DNA of 64,000 bases from Gekko japonicus (Eukaryota), in assembly GCF_001447785.1 (NCBI RefSeq), contig NW_015162031.1, positions 66,075-130,074 on the forward strand. The letters run 5' to 3'. Each line of letters begins with the position of its first letter. Position 1 is the first letter of the stretch. Below are positions 10,531 to 23,939 of this stretch, piece after piece. Position numbers and translations under genes: made by a program. A model generated the notes under the pieces. That model was given only the letters and a program-made list of their open reading frames with translations. It was not told the DNA's origin and searched no databases.

Positions 10531-11079
10531 CTATATGTGTACCTCATACATATCAGAGCAGGAGAACTTCAATTAATGTGGAATTCAGAGAAGAATGGAT
10601 TTGACCACATTTGAGCAAAAGGTGGTGAAATCAGTGCCAAAGTACGCAGTGTAGCAATCAACAAACCTTTCATTCACACAGTTACTGTCATCTGAATGCA
10701 GGTTCCTTTTTGCATAACTGTCTCATGTTATCAGGGATTACAAATAGCAGGGCACCAATAATATATTACCATTGTTAGTTTAACAGTGAAAGAAAAGTTG
10801 AGCTGTGCATCTGTAATATGGAATTGACCTGCTGTTCATAAGAGAATTGGCCTTAGCCATTCTTCCTGTGCCCTCCTCAAACCTTGAACTTGCCTTTTAT
10901 AATTTTTAATTCCCGACCATAGTTTTGTTCCTCACATGGAATCTATTATGATAGCTCAGTTCTTCAAATTAGTCAGACAAGGTCAAGGTCTACTAGGGCA
11001 AGGCATGTATACCATTGCTCTGATCTTCTTGGGGTTTTTTTGGAAGCTAGGAGTCACTATTGATTAGACATTCTGAACT

Positions 11080-12075
11080 TAATTCAGGTCATTCAAATCA
11101 GACCTGTAGAGCTGGAGGACATTTGTTCCAAACTGCAATCCAAATTTCTGAGGAAAATTCTGGGGTTGCCTTCGTGCATCTCCTACGCTGCTATTTGTTT
11201 GGAGCTTAATCAGAGAAGGTTGGAGACAAAGGCGTGGACCTTTAGATTTTGGTTGCATTTGCATTTTAGATGCACTCATAATAGCCTTGTTGCCTATATG
11301 TTGAAAGATTCCCATCCCTCTGCCTGGCTCTCGGCTATTGAAAAGAAAATTAATTCTATTGGTTTTAATCTGAACGATTTTGTCACTAACAGAGCCGGAG
11401 GTTTTTATTCTGCTTAAGCAGAGACTTATTGATATAAAACTCCAAGAGCTCAGAGCTCTTGCTTCCGTTATGTGCTCCTCATTTAGATGGGTTTATCCGC
11501 TATCTGGTGCTCCACCACAATATTTTATCTCCCTGATATCACCGCAATTTTGCAGAGCTTATATGCTAGCAGGGTTTAATGTTCTCCCCTCTGCTATTCT
11601 TGAGGGGAGGTATAAGAAAATCCCTTATGCAATTAGATAATGTGGATGCAATAAGAGAGAAATAGAAACAGTTGAGCATGTACTTCTACGTTGTAATTTG
11701 CTAAATGACATTCGAACGAAATTTCTGGAAGTCCCCCTTAGCAAGGTGGCATGCCAACCGGACGGAAGCAAGCTACACTACCTCCTTACTTCTCAAGATT
11801 CAGAGATTATTGAATTGACTGCCAAGTTCTTTTATGGTCTTATAAAATGGAAAAATGTCCCTGATCATTCTAATTGAGTTCAATGAGTTTGTATAATTTA
11901 ATTCTAGGTTTTGCGGTTGGAAAAAAATTTATATTGCTATAATTTAAGTTCATACAAATAGACATACCTTTGTAATGCTTTAGAAGTTATCTATTTTTCA
12001 CAAATTTTATAGGATTGTTTTACCGTATGGCAACTGTTTAATATTTTATGCCAATAAAGGTATTTGTTTGTTTGT
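11080..12075 (+). mobile_element. 5'-truncated non-LTR retrotransposon (ORF2 C-terminus, clade uncertain)
   Basis: QSKFLRKILGLP, zinc knuckle C-G-C...ETVEHVLLRC, then AATAAAGG and a (TTTG)n tail. Confidence 0.75.
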
Positions 12076-12181
12076 GACATTTGTTCCAGGGGATCTTGGG
12101 CAGGCCTGACCATATTGGTAAGTGAATTAGGTGGTTGTCTGGGGTACCAGGCATCAAATAGGAAGAAATGAATCTCTTGTC

Positions 12182-12183
<2 letters not shown>

Positions 12184-12220
<37 letters not shown>
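12184..12220. repeat. (CA)n/(TA)n microsatellite
   Basis: Direct reading. Confidence 0.95.
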
Positions 12221-12222
<2 letters not shown>

Positions 12223-13694
12223 GTTGTCACCAAACTTCTAATTTTTCTCTATATTGTTGCAGGGGAGGCACAATTTGCCTAGGGTACCAAAAACCCTTAG
12301 GACAGTCCTGAGGGAATCTCGGGTACAGGAGCTATGGATTTTAATTTGTGCATAAAAATTATGTTTGCCCCTCAGAATGTCCTAACAAAGCATCAAAAAA
12401 TAAGAAAAGAGAACATTTGAAACTAGTGCTGAAAGACACCAAAGCTCGCACTCCAAGGGTGCCTTGTAGCCCTGTCGACCTCTTCAATCCTGAATAAATA
12501 GCACTTCACAGAACCTTTTTAAATGTCAAAAACTAGGCAAATGACCAAAACAAATCACTATCCCCCAAGTAAAATAGCATTGTTCAAAAATTGTAACTGG
12601 AATTTCTTTTCAGATGTTATTAGTGCTAAAAACAAAAACAGGACAGCCCATAACTAACTATGCCCTGTTCTTTAGTTTTGAGTGAGTGGATTGGCAGACA
12701 GTTCAGAGGCACCCAAATGGATCCATAGCATGATTACCAACCATTATCACACGAGGTCATCAATTGTTTGCAGCACGCCCTGTCTGTTGCAGCCAAAAAG
12801 CCCAATTTTTAAAATGACAAAGAGTAAAATGAAGAAAAACAACAACAACAATGAGTTTTAGTTCAGATTTACTACTTAGTGTCCGTATGTGTCTTTGGTG
12901 TCTATCCATCAACTCAGGCAATCTTGCAATTAGTTCTTGCGATCAGTTCTCAAATAAATGCTGCTGACTGTGCAGGCATAGAAAGCAATGCAATCTGTTC
13001 AGTGTTATTCATTGGGTAAAGAGGCCTCTGCCTACTAAGGTGCAAAGAGCTAGTGAACGGCAAGTTCTTCAGTGTTTCATGCAAGACTTTCGTCGTGGTG
13101 GTGAGTGAAATTGTTTTCTGAATATCGTTTTACACATATATCTTGTTGGATCCCTGCCTGGACACCACTGCAGATTTACTTTACCAAGGAATGAGCAGGA
13201 GGGGGAAAGACAAGACTTACAAAAAATAGGAAAAATAATAATACAGAAGGGAAAAAGACTTCAGCATCCCTTGACATCCTTTAGTGAGGTGACCTAGCGG
13301 GAGAAAGTTGCCAACATCAATTAAGCTCTGTCTCATTGGCACAACTTTTTTTTTATTATGATTTGACAGAAATTAGAAGTGAACATTGCACAACACCCCA
13401 GAAAAATCTCTATGGAATGGCATCAGCAAAAGAATATATTCATTTAAAAAGATGATGAAGAAGAATTGAATCTGACCTTCTCTAATGTTCCTTATCCATT
13501 GGGCTATTTCCATTCTGAGGATGGAAAACTAATACTTGGTGACATAACTACAGCAGCAATTAAGACAGAGCATTTAAGATAAAGGGGGATGAAGAAGAAA
13601 CAAGACTCCAATGTATTCTATTCAGTAATGTTTGATATTGAAAAATCAGTAGTCAGTATAGAATGTATGGATCACAGTGCCAAAGATACTCCTT

Positions 13695-14290
13695 CCAATC
13701 TTCCCTTCAATGAAGGGAGCGTGCCACCTTGGTGGCACAACTCAAAATTTAAAGTTTAAATCCCCCCGAGTTGCACTGCAAAATGGCACGCTCCCTTCAC
13801 TAAAGAGAAGACCCTCTGCCCCCAAGCTAGCCTGACCTGCCTCTCCTGGCCCGCCTGTCAAAGCTGGCAAGTTGGGGAAGGCTTGGTGTGAGCCTCTCCA
13901 CCTTTCTTGGTCCACCCTCTGAGGCGGGTGACCCAGGGAGGGCCCTGAAAGGATTGGGGAGGCATTTAAATACTTCCCTGAGCTTTCCCCAGCCCTCCCG
14001 CTGATGTGGCAAGCTGGGGAAGGTCTGGAAAGTGCCCCCCAGCCTTCCCTTTTAAATGCCTCCCTGAGCCTTCCCTACCTGAAGGCTCGGAAAGAGCCCC
14101 CACCTTCCCTGACCTGCTCTTCTTCTGGCCCAGCAAAGGGATTCCCCAAATGGATGCCAAATATACGTCATCCATTCAGGGAATGCTTGTTCGGCCAGTC
14201 GAATCAGATTTGGGAATCTGATTCGCCTTTAGGCAAGCCGAATAATATTCATTCTTTCTAGTTCATCCAAACCGAATGCACATCCCTAAT
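13695..14290. mobile_element. Non-autonomous DNA transposon remnant with internal inverted repeats
   Basis: ~30-bp inverted repeat at ~13700-13731 and ~13781-13811. GC-rich core ending in GCACATCCCTA. Confidence 0.45.
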
Positions 14291-15304
14291 TATTATTAAA
14301 AGGGTACAGGTCAAGAAGATGCATTTTCCCCCCTGCATGGTGCATTCAAAGCATCTAGGCATCATGGGAATTGTAGATCACATGATAGTATAGCATTAGG
14401 AATAGGCATTGGCCAAAAAGTTTTAAAAACCTTTTTGGTCCCATTTCAGAGTCTGTGGCTTTCAAACTCTTAGAAGAAGGGTCAAAATAGACCCCTCAAA
14501 TCTGGTGGGGGGATTTGGACTGAGTCTAGATATTCCCTATCACTAGTAAACACCTTTAGATACCAAGATAATTTTGTCCTTCCCTTACCCCCTTGTCAAC
14601 TCCTCTTAACCCAAAGTTGTTCACTTTTGTTTAGTTGATCCTCAGAAACCACATTTTAAAGGAAAAAGATAGTTTACCACATTTTGCACTTCTTGCAGCT
14701 CCATGTTCAACTGTCACTGTGTTTGTGAAGTTTAATTAAGTCTTTTCATCTAGCTGCTTCTTTATTTCATTAGTCTGGATATCATGAGCAATTTTAAATA
14801 GTCACAACAACTGCACTGCTAGAGCCTTTGATGATGTGTCTGAGCGCCTCTCTTATGTTTCCCCACATGCTGTCAACAAACCGTGTATTTCTATCAACCT
14901 TTTTCTCATATTAGTGGTATTGTGCTTTGAGAAGGCATTAAATAAAATTTATTTTAATTAAAATATCATTTGCAGGGTTTCAGTCTAGCACATGTTAATG
15001 TTCATTACAGAGCACCATGGAGAATATTATATGACATAATGATATTATTCATTTATTATATTCCATTTATCGGCCTCTTTTCCCTGCAAGCAGGGCTCAG
15101 GTCAGCTTATAGCAAAGGTAAATACAATATAATTGAATTAAAACAACATTAACAGTCATAAAAACAACACAAAAATGTTATGTGAATATTATGAAGACTG
15201 AAATAAGCAATGCACATTGAGTACACACTGGCTATGTATTTCAATGTGAGTTTTATTGTGAAAGCAAGCAAGCAAACAAACAAAACTGTACAATAGCAAC
15301 TGGA

Positions 15305-16240
15305 TCATGTATTTGTTGCCAAGGTCCTAAAACCTAAAACTTTTGCCATGGCTTTTTTGATCTCCTTGTTTCTTATGCTGTAAATTACTGGATTCAGCAT
15401 GGGTGGAGCCAGGGAATACATTACAGCAAATATCAAATCCAGCTGTGATGGAGTGTTAGACACAGGCTTCAGATAGGCAAAACATACAGTGAATAAAAAT
15501 GTGGAGCAGACAATGAGATGGGGAATGCAAGTGGAGAAAGCCTTTTGACGTCCCTTTGTAGAAGGCAGTCTTAATACAGTGGTGAAAATGTGAAAGTAAG
15601 TTACAAGGATATAGACAAAACAGCCCAGCCCAAGGAAAACTCCAATCCCAATAGCTGTTGTTTCAATTAGATTTAGTTCAGAACAAGTCAATTTTATTAG
15701 CTGTGGAATTTCACAAAAAAATTGATTGACAATGTTAGAGCAGAAATGGGTTGCAAAAGTCCCACTGGTGTGCCATCCAGCATACAGAAAACCAGCGATC
15801 CATACACCAGTAATCATTTCATTGCAGACACGCCTATTTATTATTATCTCATAATGTAATGGATTGCAAATGGCCACATACCGGTCATACGCCATGACTG
15901 TGAGGATGCAGTAATTGGATATTGCAAAGGAATGAAAGAAGAAGACTTGAGCAATGCATCCTGAATAAGAAATGTGCCTGGTATTCAGGAGGGAATTGAT
16001 CATGGATTTGGGGACAGAGACTGAAATTTGACCAAGGTCCTGCATGGCCAAGTTCATCAATAAGAAGTACATGGGGGTGTGCAGGTGGTGGTCTAAAGCT
16101 ATTGAAAAGATGACGAGGAGGTTCCCTGTCACCGTGGCCAAGTACACCATCAGAAAAGCAATGAAGTGTAGAAACTGCCGTTCCCGAATCTGTGAGAATT
16201 CCAGGAGCAGAAAATCGAACACAGTGGTTTTGTTGGACAT
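15305..16240 (-). CDS. Olfactory receptor, OR14-like, 311 aa, intact
   Basis: MSNKTT N-glycosylation site, LHTPMY, MAYDRYVAIC, KAFSTC, PMLNPVIYS. The likely ATG is 16240, with a splice acceptor at 16269-16270 upstream. Confidence 0.95.
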   Translation of the reverse strand: MSNKTTVFDFLLLEFSQIRERQFLHFIAFLMVYLATVTGNLLVIFSIALDHHLHTPMYFLLMNLAMQDLGQISVSVPKSMINSLLNTRHISYSGCIAQVFFFHSFAISNYCILTVMAYDRYVAICNPLHYEIIINRRVCNEMITGVWIAGFLYAGWHTSGTFATHFCSNIVNQFFCEIPQLIKLTCSELNLIETTAIGIGVFLGLGCFVYILVTYFHIFTTVLRLPSTKGRQKAFSTCIPHLIVCSTFLFTVCFAYLKPVSNTPSQLDLIFAVMYSLAPPMLNPVIYSIRNKEIKKAMAKVLGFRTLATNT

Positions 16241-16399
16241 ATTTGACTCTGTTTCATGATGTATAATCCTTGAAGGGGGGGGGGGGGGGAAGCACATATG
16301 GGAAACTGTAAGAATTACCACCTTGCCAAATCCTGAAAGCTTGCATATGTTTCTGATTGCCTAGCAGTGACCACTAGTGGCATGACTGAGTAGCATGTT

Positions 16400-16865
16400 G
16401 TATAATCCTTGATGAAGGGAAACTGCCTTGCCTACGATAGAGGAATGGCTAGTCAAGGTGATGGAGCTTGCATAGCTGGCAAACTTACATTTTTTGATAA
16501 AAGAAAAGACTTAACTTAAATTTATATCTGCATGTAAAGAGATGGTTTACATGGAATTCTTGTGTAAAAAGGGGAAAAAATGAACTGATGATTTATGGGT
16601 TTGAAAACTAAAAAGCAAATTAATAAGTTTACATAGAATGTGATATATTTTCCTTGGTCTGACTTTGGACTAAGGGTTTAATAAGTAAATATATGGACTC
16701 CTGTAGCAGAGAAAATCAGATACTATTCCTTTTTTCCTGCTCTCAGTTGTGTTAATTAGTCTGCTGTTTAGTTTCTATTTTTTCTTGTGTTACTTTATCC
16801 TACCTTGTTCCTTTCCTCCTATTTTATTTCATGCAGAAAAACCTTTATAAAACTCATATTTTAAA
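16400..16865 (+). mobile_element. Degraded L1-like LINE 3' fragment
   Basis: EEWLVKVMELA-like C-terminal motif, followed by a T-rich 3' UTR and an A-rich end. Confidence 0.5.
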
Positions 16866-17540
16866 AAGAAGGAAAACTGTCAAAATCACAGTCTTTTATA
16901 GTAAGGGTTTTAACTGGTCTCATAGAATTGGATTTGGATGAGCATATTTCCAGTCCCATCATTTAGTTCCTGTTTTTAATGTGCAAGAACAATCTCATTA
17001 ACGCTGAACTCCACAGTAGCACCTACATCCCATAATCTCCCTCAAAGTGGTCCTGGTTTAGGTAGAACTGCTGAACAAATATGTAAAGAGCCTGCCCTGT
17101 TCCTAGTCTGACATTCTAACCACCACACCTTGCTGGCTTTCAACAATGAGAGAATCTAGCCCTTTACACACAACCCTTCCATTTATTGCCAATTACTGGG
17201 TCATCTGCATGGTGCAAATATCTAGGGGAGCTGTCCACATGTGCATTCCATCCCCATAATTGGAAACCCTGCTTTCCTAATGTTGCTGATCATAAGAAGA
17301 GAGCATATGTGCAGACAATTTCTCTCTACGTAGGTGCTCATGAGCTGGTGGGAAGGGGTCAGCGCCCTCCTGCCTGCTCTCCCTCTCTGTGCATTCATGC
17401 AATGCATGGAGGACTCATGTGTGTACAGGGCTTCTGTGGCTAAAAGAATGGAATGTAATGGACTAATGAAAGAAACTGAAACATAGTGGGAAACATCACC
17501 ATTAGAAAAAGTATGACTGAAAGAGATGTCATTCCATAAA

Positions 17541-17610
17541 ATCATAGAATGTTAGAGTTGGAAGGGACCTTGCAGACCATCTAGTCCAACCCCCTGCACT
17601 CTGCAGGAGT
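17541..17610 (-). mobile_element. CR1-type 3' end fragment
   Basis: The reverse complement reads TTGGACTAGATGGTC...TTCCAACTCTAACATTCTATGATT. Confidence 0.65.
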
Positions 17611-20299
17611 GTAGCAGAAAGAATATGAATGCTGTGTATGCCCCAGTACAGAAACTAATACAGGACATGCATACCAATATGGAAATTGAAACTGGTGCCT
17701 GTGTGTGTATGGGGGAGATAATTCAGCCTTTATATAGGGAAAAAAATAAGGAAACCTTTCTTATGCAAATGACATGGGTGTCAACCAACAGACATTTTCT
17801 CATGAAAGTTGCTTGAGGTAGCCATAGGTGAGATAAATATAAAGTACACACTACAGTGGGAGTAAGCCCTTTTCAACTGACCTGAGTAGGATTCTCAGTA
17901 GACCTGCTTAGGACTGCTGATGGTCGATGGACTGGCAGTGAGCTGCTTGCACAGATCTTGGCAACTGCCAGAAGCCCTTGCCACCAAGGGTTGAGGTGGG
18001 TTTGGCAGAAGACATGCCACTTACTAAACAAAAAGAGGTCCGGAATAAATCCTGCAATGATCACTAGATCAAATAACTTACTAACTTACCATCATTCTTT
18101 ATGGATGCAGTTTTTTATGTCCAGATGTAAGCTTTCCTCCATCCCTTCAGAACTATATGTTTCTTTCTATCATCCATGTGGTTGAACTTGTCTGTTCATC
18201 CTATTCTCTTGGAGATAAGCCTGTCAAGAATGCCAAGAATGAGCTGCTGTTTGAGGGCAGCAGTTAATGTATATGCTTTGCGTGCCCATAAGATTAGTCC
18301 CCAGAGATTTTTGCGAACTTATTGAGCACCGGAGAGGTCAGTGTAAGATATGAAATGACACAGAGCGCTCCCGAAAGCCAAGTCCTTCTTATCATTATTA
18401 AGAATCAATGTTTACTTTAAATTTTAACTTCTTCATATGAAATATAGGGACAAGTTCTATGTCTTGCTGTGCAGAAAATTAAATGGTGCGAATCTTCTCC
18501 CTCAGTTTTTTTTTAAAGCAAAGATTATGCAATCTGGCACTCCAGGGCATTCTTTGTGCAGCTCCCACATTATTAATATGCTATGACTGTGATGGAGTGA
18601 GGTGCATCTTCACCCTAAGAATCGTACCTCTAGTCCAGATAATCATCTGAAATCAGCCAGAAAAACCTCAGGTTTAACCCAAAGTTTTAGTCATGGATGC
18701 AGCCCCCTTCTGAAGCAAGGTGTCTTTTCCATCGGTGGAAGTGATACATTCAACTCATGTAAAGATCCTTGTGCCAGAGGATAGAACAGTACTAAGAAAG
18801 TAAGAAAAAAAAGTTGATATGGAAGGAATAAACTTCCCAAGTATAGCTGCACTTTTGAAAGGTGTGGATCAGCAAAACAGTCCATCTGGTTATTCTTGTT
18901 GTTAGATTTATATAAGCAACTTACCCTTTTTTTATGTAGTTCTTTGAGGTCCAGATGCAATCTGTTTTCAGCCACTGTGCAGCATTATGTACCTTCCAGT
19001 CATCCACATATCTTAGTCCACCACTGGCACTTCACCCATTTCTTTTTGAGTCAAAAATATGCCTCGCTAACTGTCAGTAAGCAGTTGATACCATGGGGCA
19101 GAATTTAATTGATACATATATGGTTTGTGTTCTGGGAGCCTTACTCCCATGCAACCAACACACTTGGGAAGTGAAAGCATACAGAGAACAGTTGACTCAG
19201 TTTGCACTTTAGAGATTTTAAGTAGCTCCAATGTTCTTCTCATATCTGGTGGATGTAAGCAGTAAAGTTCGGGGATTTTAGTATCTGGAATTAATGTTGT
19301 TATGGGGGCACTCCATTAGATAGGAATGCATGCTTTAATATTAAATCCAGCACCCCTGTATTTCAGGAATATTCAAGCAAGAGCATGCACTTTCATTCAA
19401 AAGAATGGCCCTCTCAGCACCACTGTCAGGAAAAGAAGACAGGATATGGGAGTGTTCAGGGAGGGGAAAGAAAAAAGTAGCAGGGAAGGGAAAAATGAAA
19501 ACGCAAAATGCAAAGAGCAGGCCCTGCAAACATGGAAATACAGTGCCCTGTTTTCTTGGGAATGAAAAAAATGAGTCAGCTCCAGACAACTTTCTAAAGC
19601 CCCATCCCATGTGGCCTTTCCTCCCATGAAGTTCCCATGATCTGTAGCCTTTTGAAGTAGTCCAAGGGAATTACTCTGTCCTTTTTCACTAGCAGAACAG
19701 CATTGGGGCTCCAAACCATGGCTTCAGAAACATCTGCAACTCCTCTGTTCCTCTGTTGCAATGAATAACAGATTACTCCATCATGTTTTTCTTTTTGCTC
19801 TTTTCCCCTTTGGGTGAACAAATGCAATCACTGAACAGTTATCGATGCAATGAACATGGAATTGAGTGGACTCCAGAGGGCGGAGGAGGACAGGAGGGTC
19901 TGGCGTAAGGTGCTCCATGGGGTTGCGAAAATCAATCTTGACTGTGCGACTGAACAACAACAAGATATTAGGGTTTTTCAAGTCATACTACATTCCTAGA
20001 ATTATTAGTCAGTGTAGTGAAGTGAGAAAGTAATGTGGTAAAAAGAACTAGAGTGAAGGAATTAAACTGAAAATATACTATACCTTCATTCAGACATCAT
20101 AATAAGCTTCATCTATACATGCACAGCCCCAACCCAACATAGTAAATAATGCCTCCTAGGTGTGTTTGAGGTCAGGAATACATTGTGGGGGAAGTTTGAA
20201 CTACCCCCCCATTCTGTGGTACCAATTTAAATCATGGCCCCATGTGCTCTGGAAATGTGTTCCCTTGCACTTGACATCTATCTCAACAACAGTCAGGTT

Positions 20300-21379
20300 T
20301 GTTAGCCAAACTGTTTTATCTACAACAGAGGCCAGATTAAAATCTTTTTTGGGTCCTTGCCTGTGTATACAAAGGTCCAATTCCACCCCGAGAATTTTCC
20401 CAGTAATATAGAGAGACGAGACTTGTATCTTAAAATCAAGTTGTTATTTTTACTGAATATTTGGTTCGCATACAGACAAAAACAGAATCTCACACACAAT
20501 CACACAAGATCCTCAGTGTTACAGGAATAGAAAAGAATCACTTTTACACTAAATGGATGGGGAGGGAAACAGCAAATACTTATCTGATCCGAAGATTGAC
20601 CTTCCCAACGAAGAATACAGGAATGAGAATAAGATAACTAAAGAGAATCTAAGTTCACACAGTTGAAACCTGCCAACAGTTGTGGATCTCTTGGCTGCAG
20701 TCCAAAAGACCAAGTAAGAACAAAAGATTACTTATATAGCAAGACTGTGAGTAAATATCTAAGGAGAAAAGATGGCTAGCAGGGTTCAAACTGTTGAACC
20801 TCGCTTTTTATAGGGGGGGTCCTTGGGGGCTGGAATCTGCGCCATCCTCCATGGTCCCACCTACCTGTGGTCCGTCCCAAGAACTAACATTATTGGCTAT
20901 ACCTTAGTGACGTATCTAACTAGAAGGAGTGGGCAATATTGAAATCTAAACCTTTAACTCAAGGAATGCATCTGGTCAAGGTGTGAAGCTGGGTACCAGG
21001 GCAACCATTGAAGTGCAGATGAATCTTGCTTGGTCCCAAGCAATAAAGTACCCATTTGTCAGGAAACTATCCCTTTAGATGCAAACCAGATATCAGGGTT
21101 ACGTGTTCACTAACAGTTCATCAATGGTGGTTGCAACCATAAAAAGCTGTTGTTTTGTGCTTTCCACAACGGCGATGCAGCCTTCTTCCTCAAGCTGGGC
21201 TGTGAGAGTGCAAATCCCATTAGCATAAAATGCAGGCAGGGTCCTTTCCAGGTGAAGCAAGAATGCAAACAGCTTTCCCTCAGCCTGCAGGTGTTAATAG
21301 GCACAGTCCATGGATGTGTGAGTGCACTTCAGTAAATACACAAATACATAAAAGCAAATAATAAGTTCATCTCCCAACA
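20300..21379 (-). mobile_element. Solo LTR (1080 bp) with 4-bp TSD, ERV1-like
   Basis: TGTT...AACA termini, TSD GGTT (20296-20299 and 21380-21383), TATAAAA on the minus strand at ~20806-20812. Homologous along its length to 22473-23939. Confidence 0.85.
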
Positions 21380-21659
21380 GGTTGTAGGAAGCCAGACACC
21401 AATGTTACATATCACGACATGAATTTGGCCCTCCTGCCCCTGAACACAGATTCTCCCCCAGTGTTTAATCCATAATGCAGAGTCCTGCAAGCTCCACTTT
21501 GCACAGTAGACTGCAGGAGTACTTCATGAAAAACCAGTCTGGAATAAATTTCCAATGGGCAAAATTAAACAGGAGTCCAATAGCACTTGAAAGACTAACA
21601 CAATTCATTCCAGCATAAATGTTTTGACATTAGAACATAAGAGAAGTCATGTTGGATCA

Positions 21660-22050
21660 GGAAGATTTTATTGGGAACATTTGGCTGTTCAGTTTCAGGA
21701 GAATGTATGGTTGACCAGAGAGAAGTACTACTTGACATGTGATTGCACTGGAGGCTTCATTTGTATTTTTGTATTTCTTTTCTTTGCCCAGTGGTTAAAC
21801 ATTGGAACAATTGTTTTCTGGTCTTTATTCCATATTTTGTATATGTATGATTGTATGTATATTTTTACATATCAGCCAGCATGTTCTATTTGTATTAGAC
21901 CTCTGAAAAAGGCCTGTAAAGGCCAAAACACGTTAGATCTATTTCATTAGCCCTTGTATGTTTTTATATTTGTATATGAGATATGAATGGGCCCTTGTTA
22001 GTTATTTTAATTTGTGTTGAATAAATACATGTATATTTTTGTATGTTTCA
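21660..22050 (+). mobile_element. Penelope-like element 3' remnant
   Basis: Degenerate ...REKY...PSGLN C-terminus, hammerhead-like CTGAAAAAGGCC...GGCCAAAAC at ~21903-21930, then AATAAA. Confidence 0.5.
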
Positions 22051-22472
22051 TAATTAGATTTTTAGAGTTGGCCCTCTTCTATTCTTGACTAACCTTTTTA
22101 GGTTCTGAATTCTAGGTTTTAGGTTCAGTTTTTTCCCCCTTTTCTCTTTTTTGTCCATACGGATCAGACCAATGGCCTTTCCAGTCCTATACTCTGTGTC
22201 ACACAGTGGCCAAAACCCAGATGTGAATAACAACAGCAACAACAACAGCAGCAGCAACAACAATATAATCATTCCAGTTGTTGGTTGTCTAGCATAAGTG
22301 CCTAGAAATCTCATGAGACACCTGGGAATTTTGGGCACTGAGCAGATAATACCATTTCAGATCCAGAATAATCCTGCAAAGAAAGCAGAATTGGTTGGCA
22401 GCCCCACTTTACCTCCTACTATAAGGATGCCAGTCTCTGAGTGGGACCTGGGGATCCCCTGGAATTTCAGCT

Positions 22473-23939
22473 TGTTACGCCAACTGCTTTATTTACAGCA
22501 GATGGCTAACTAAATTTAACGTGAAGTTCTGGCCAACGTTTACGGAGGTTGTGTCTACCCACAGAGTCCCAGTGATGGAGACGAGACTGGTTGTTTTTCC
22601 AAAACAAATAGTCCTTTTACTGAGCAATATCAAAATCACATACACGCAAAATCAGTCTCTCATTCTCGCATGCAATCAAGTTCCTTTAGAGTTACAGAAA
22701 GATATCAAGATAGTTTCTTTTACTTTAGGAGGTAGGCAGGAAAATCGGTTCATGCTTGCCTGTTTCTAGAAGTCTGTTGTAATGAAAAATAGGAGTGGTT
22801 GGAAAAGTAAAAAACCTAGGGGTTCAACTAAATCACACTGTTCCAGAACCTGCCAGTCAAGTGTGTGTGTGGATCCCTTTGGCTGCAGTCCAAAGAGTTC
22901 CATAATAGACAGAAAGGGTTGTTGAATAGCAAGACAGGAATTCAAAGTATAAAGGAGTAGATGAGAGGAGAAGTGACTAGCAAAAGCCTAACGTTTGGTC
23001 TTTACTTTTATAGTTGAATCTCCAGGTGGGTGGCACCTTGGCAAACTGTAATCCCACCTACTTACAAGTCAATCTCATGACCTCCCTCATTGGTGCATGT
23101 AGAAAGGGGCAGGTATTCTATGGGTTGGGCGATATTTGAAACTCTACACTCTATCTCATGGAACACCATCTGGCCAGGTGTGAAGTCTCGGCTTCCTGTG
23201 CCCTCGTTGATGTGCAGATGAATCTTGGTTTTACCAGGCGGACAAGGCACCATCAACAGGAAATGGCAATTCAGATGCAAATCAGGTCCATTGTTATGTA
23301 CTGATACTATTATGTGAATCGCCTAATCCACCTCCTATGTTAAGCTTTGAGCCAGCCAAGGCTCCGACAGCCCTAACAGACTATTGGTCGCTTCAGAACA
23401 GTGACCAATCACAGAACGGCTATTCCCCGAGCGGGAAGAGTTTGCATTGGACTTTATCCTTGCAATCTTATTGGTTGTTATGTATATAGTAGGTGTAGCT
23501 ATGTTAGCCCGGGAATGTTTAAAAGGAGCCCAGCTCCCTATGTTTGTTGTCCTGGTTATGAAATCGTTTGAGTGCTTGTTCGTTCCTTTATTAAAGCTGA
23601 ATCACTTGCTGAAATCACTCTCTGAGTCTTTGTTAGCACGATCTAACATCCATGTTTTGCATGACATCTAGTTTCCTCAACAATGGAGGAATTTCTTCTT
23701 CTTGGTTGTTGCCTCTGTCCACAATGGCTAACATGTGCTTCTTCTTCCCATAAGGCTTTGAGCTGAATGTGTGCAAGCTAAATTAACATGAAATGCAGGC
23801 AAGTGTTCCCTATGTGAAATCTCTCACAGTAGATGATGCAAACAGCTTCCTCTAGGCCTATGACATACAGGTGTGTGCAAAGTCCATGTGTTGCATGTGT
23901 AAGCAGATATAAAACCATAAATTAGTCCATTTCTCAACA
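22473..23939 (-). mobile_element. Solo LTR with 4-bp TSD, related to 20300-21379, containing a nested LTR
   Basis: TGTT...AACA termini, TSD AGCT (22469-22472 and 23940-23943). The empty site is seen at ~35168-35175. Confidence 0.9.
23292..23648 (+). mobile_element. Solo LTR (357 bp) with 5-bp TSD, Gypsy-like
   Basis: TGTTA...TAACA termini, TSD TCCAT (23287-23291 and 23649-23653), CCAAT box, TTTAAAA and ATTAAA signals. Confidence 0.88.

Noticed and set aside
16241-16321. N-terminal extension of the OR (MVILTV...PPPPP)
   Set aside because: GTG start running through a polypyrimidine tract and splice acceptor, so probably intronic.
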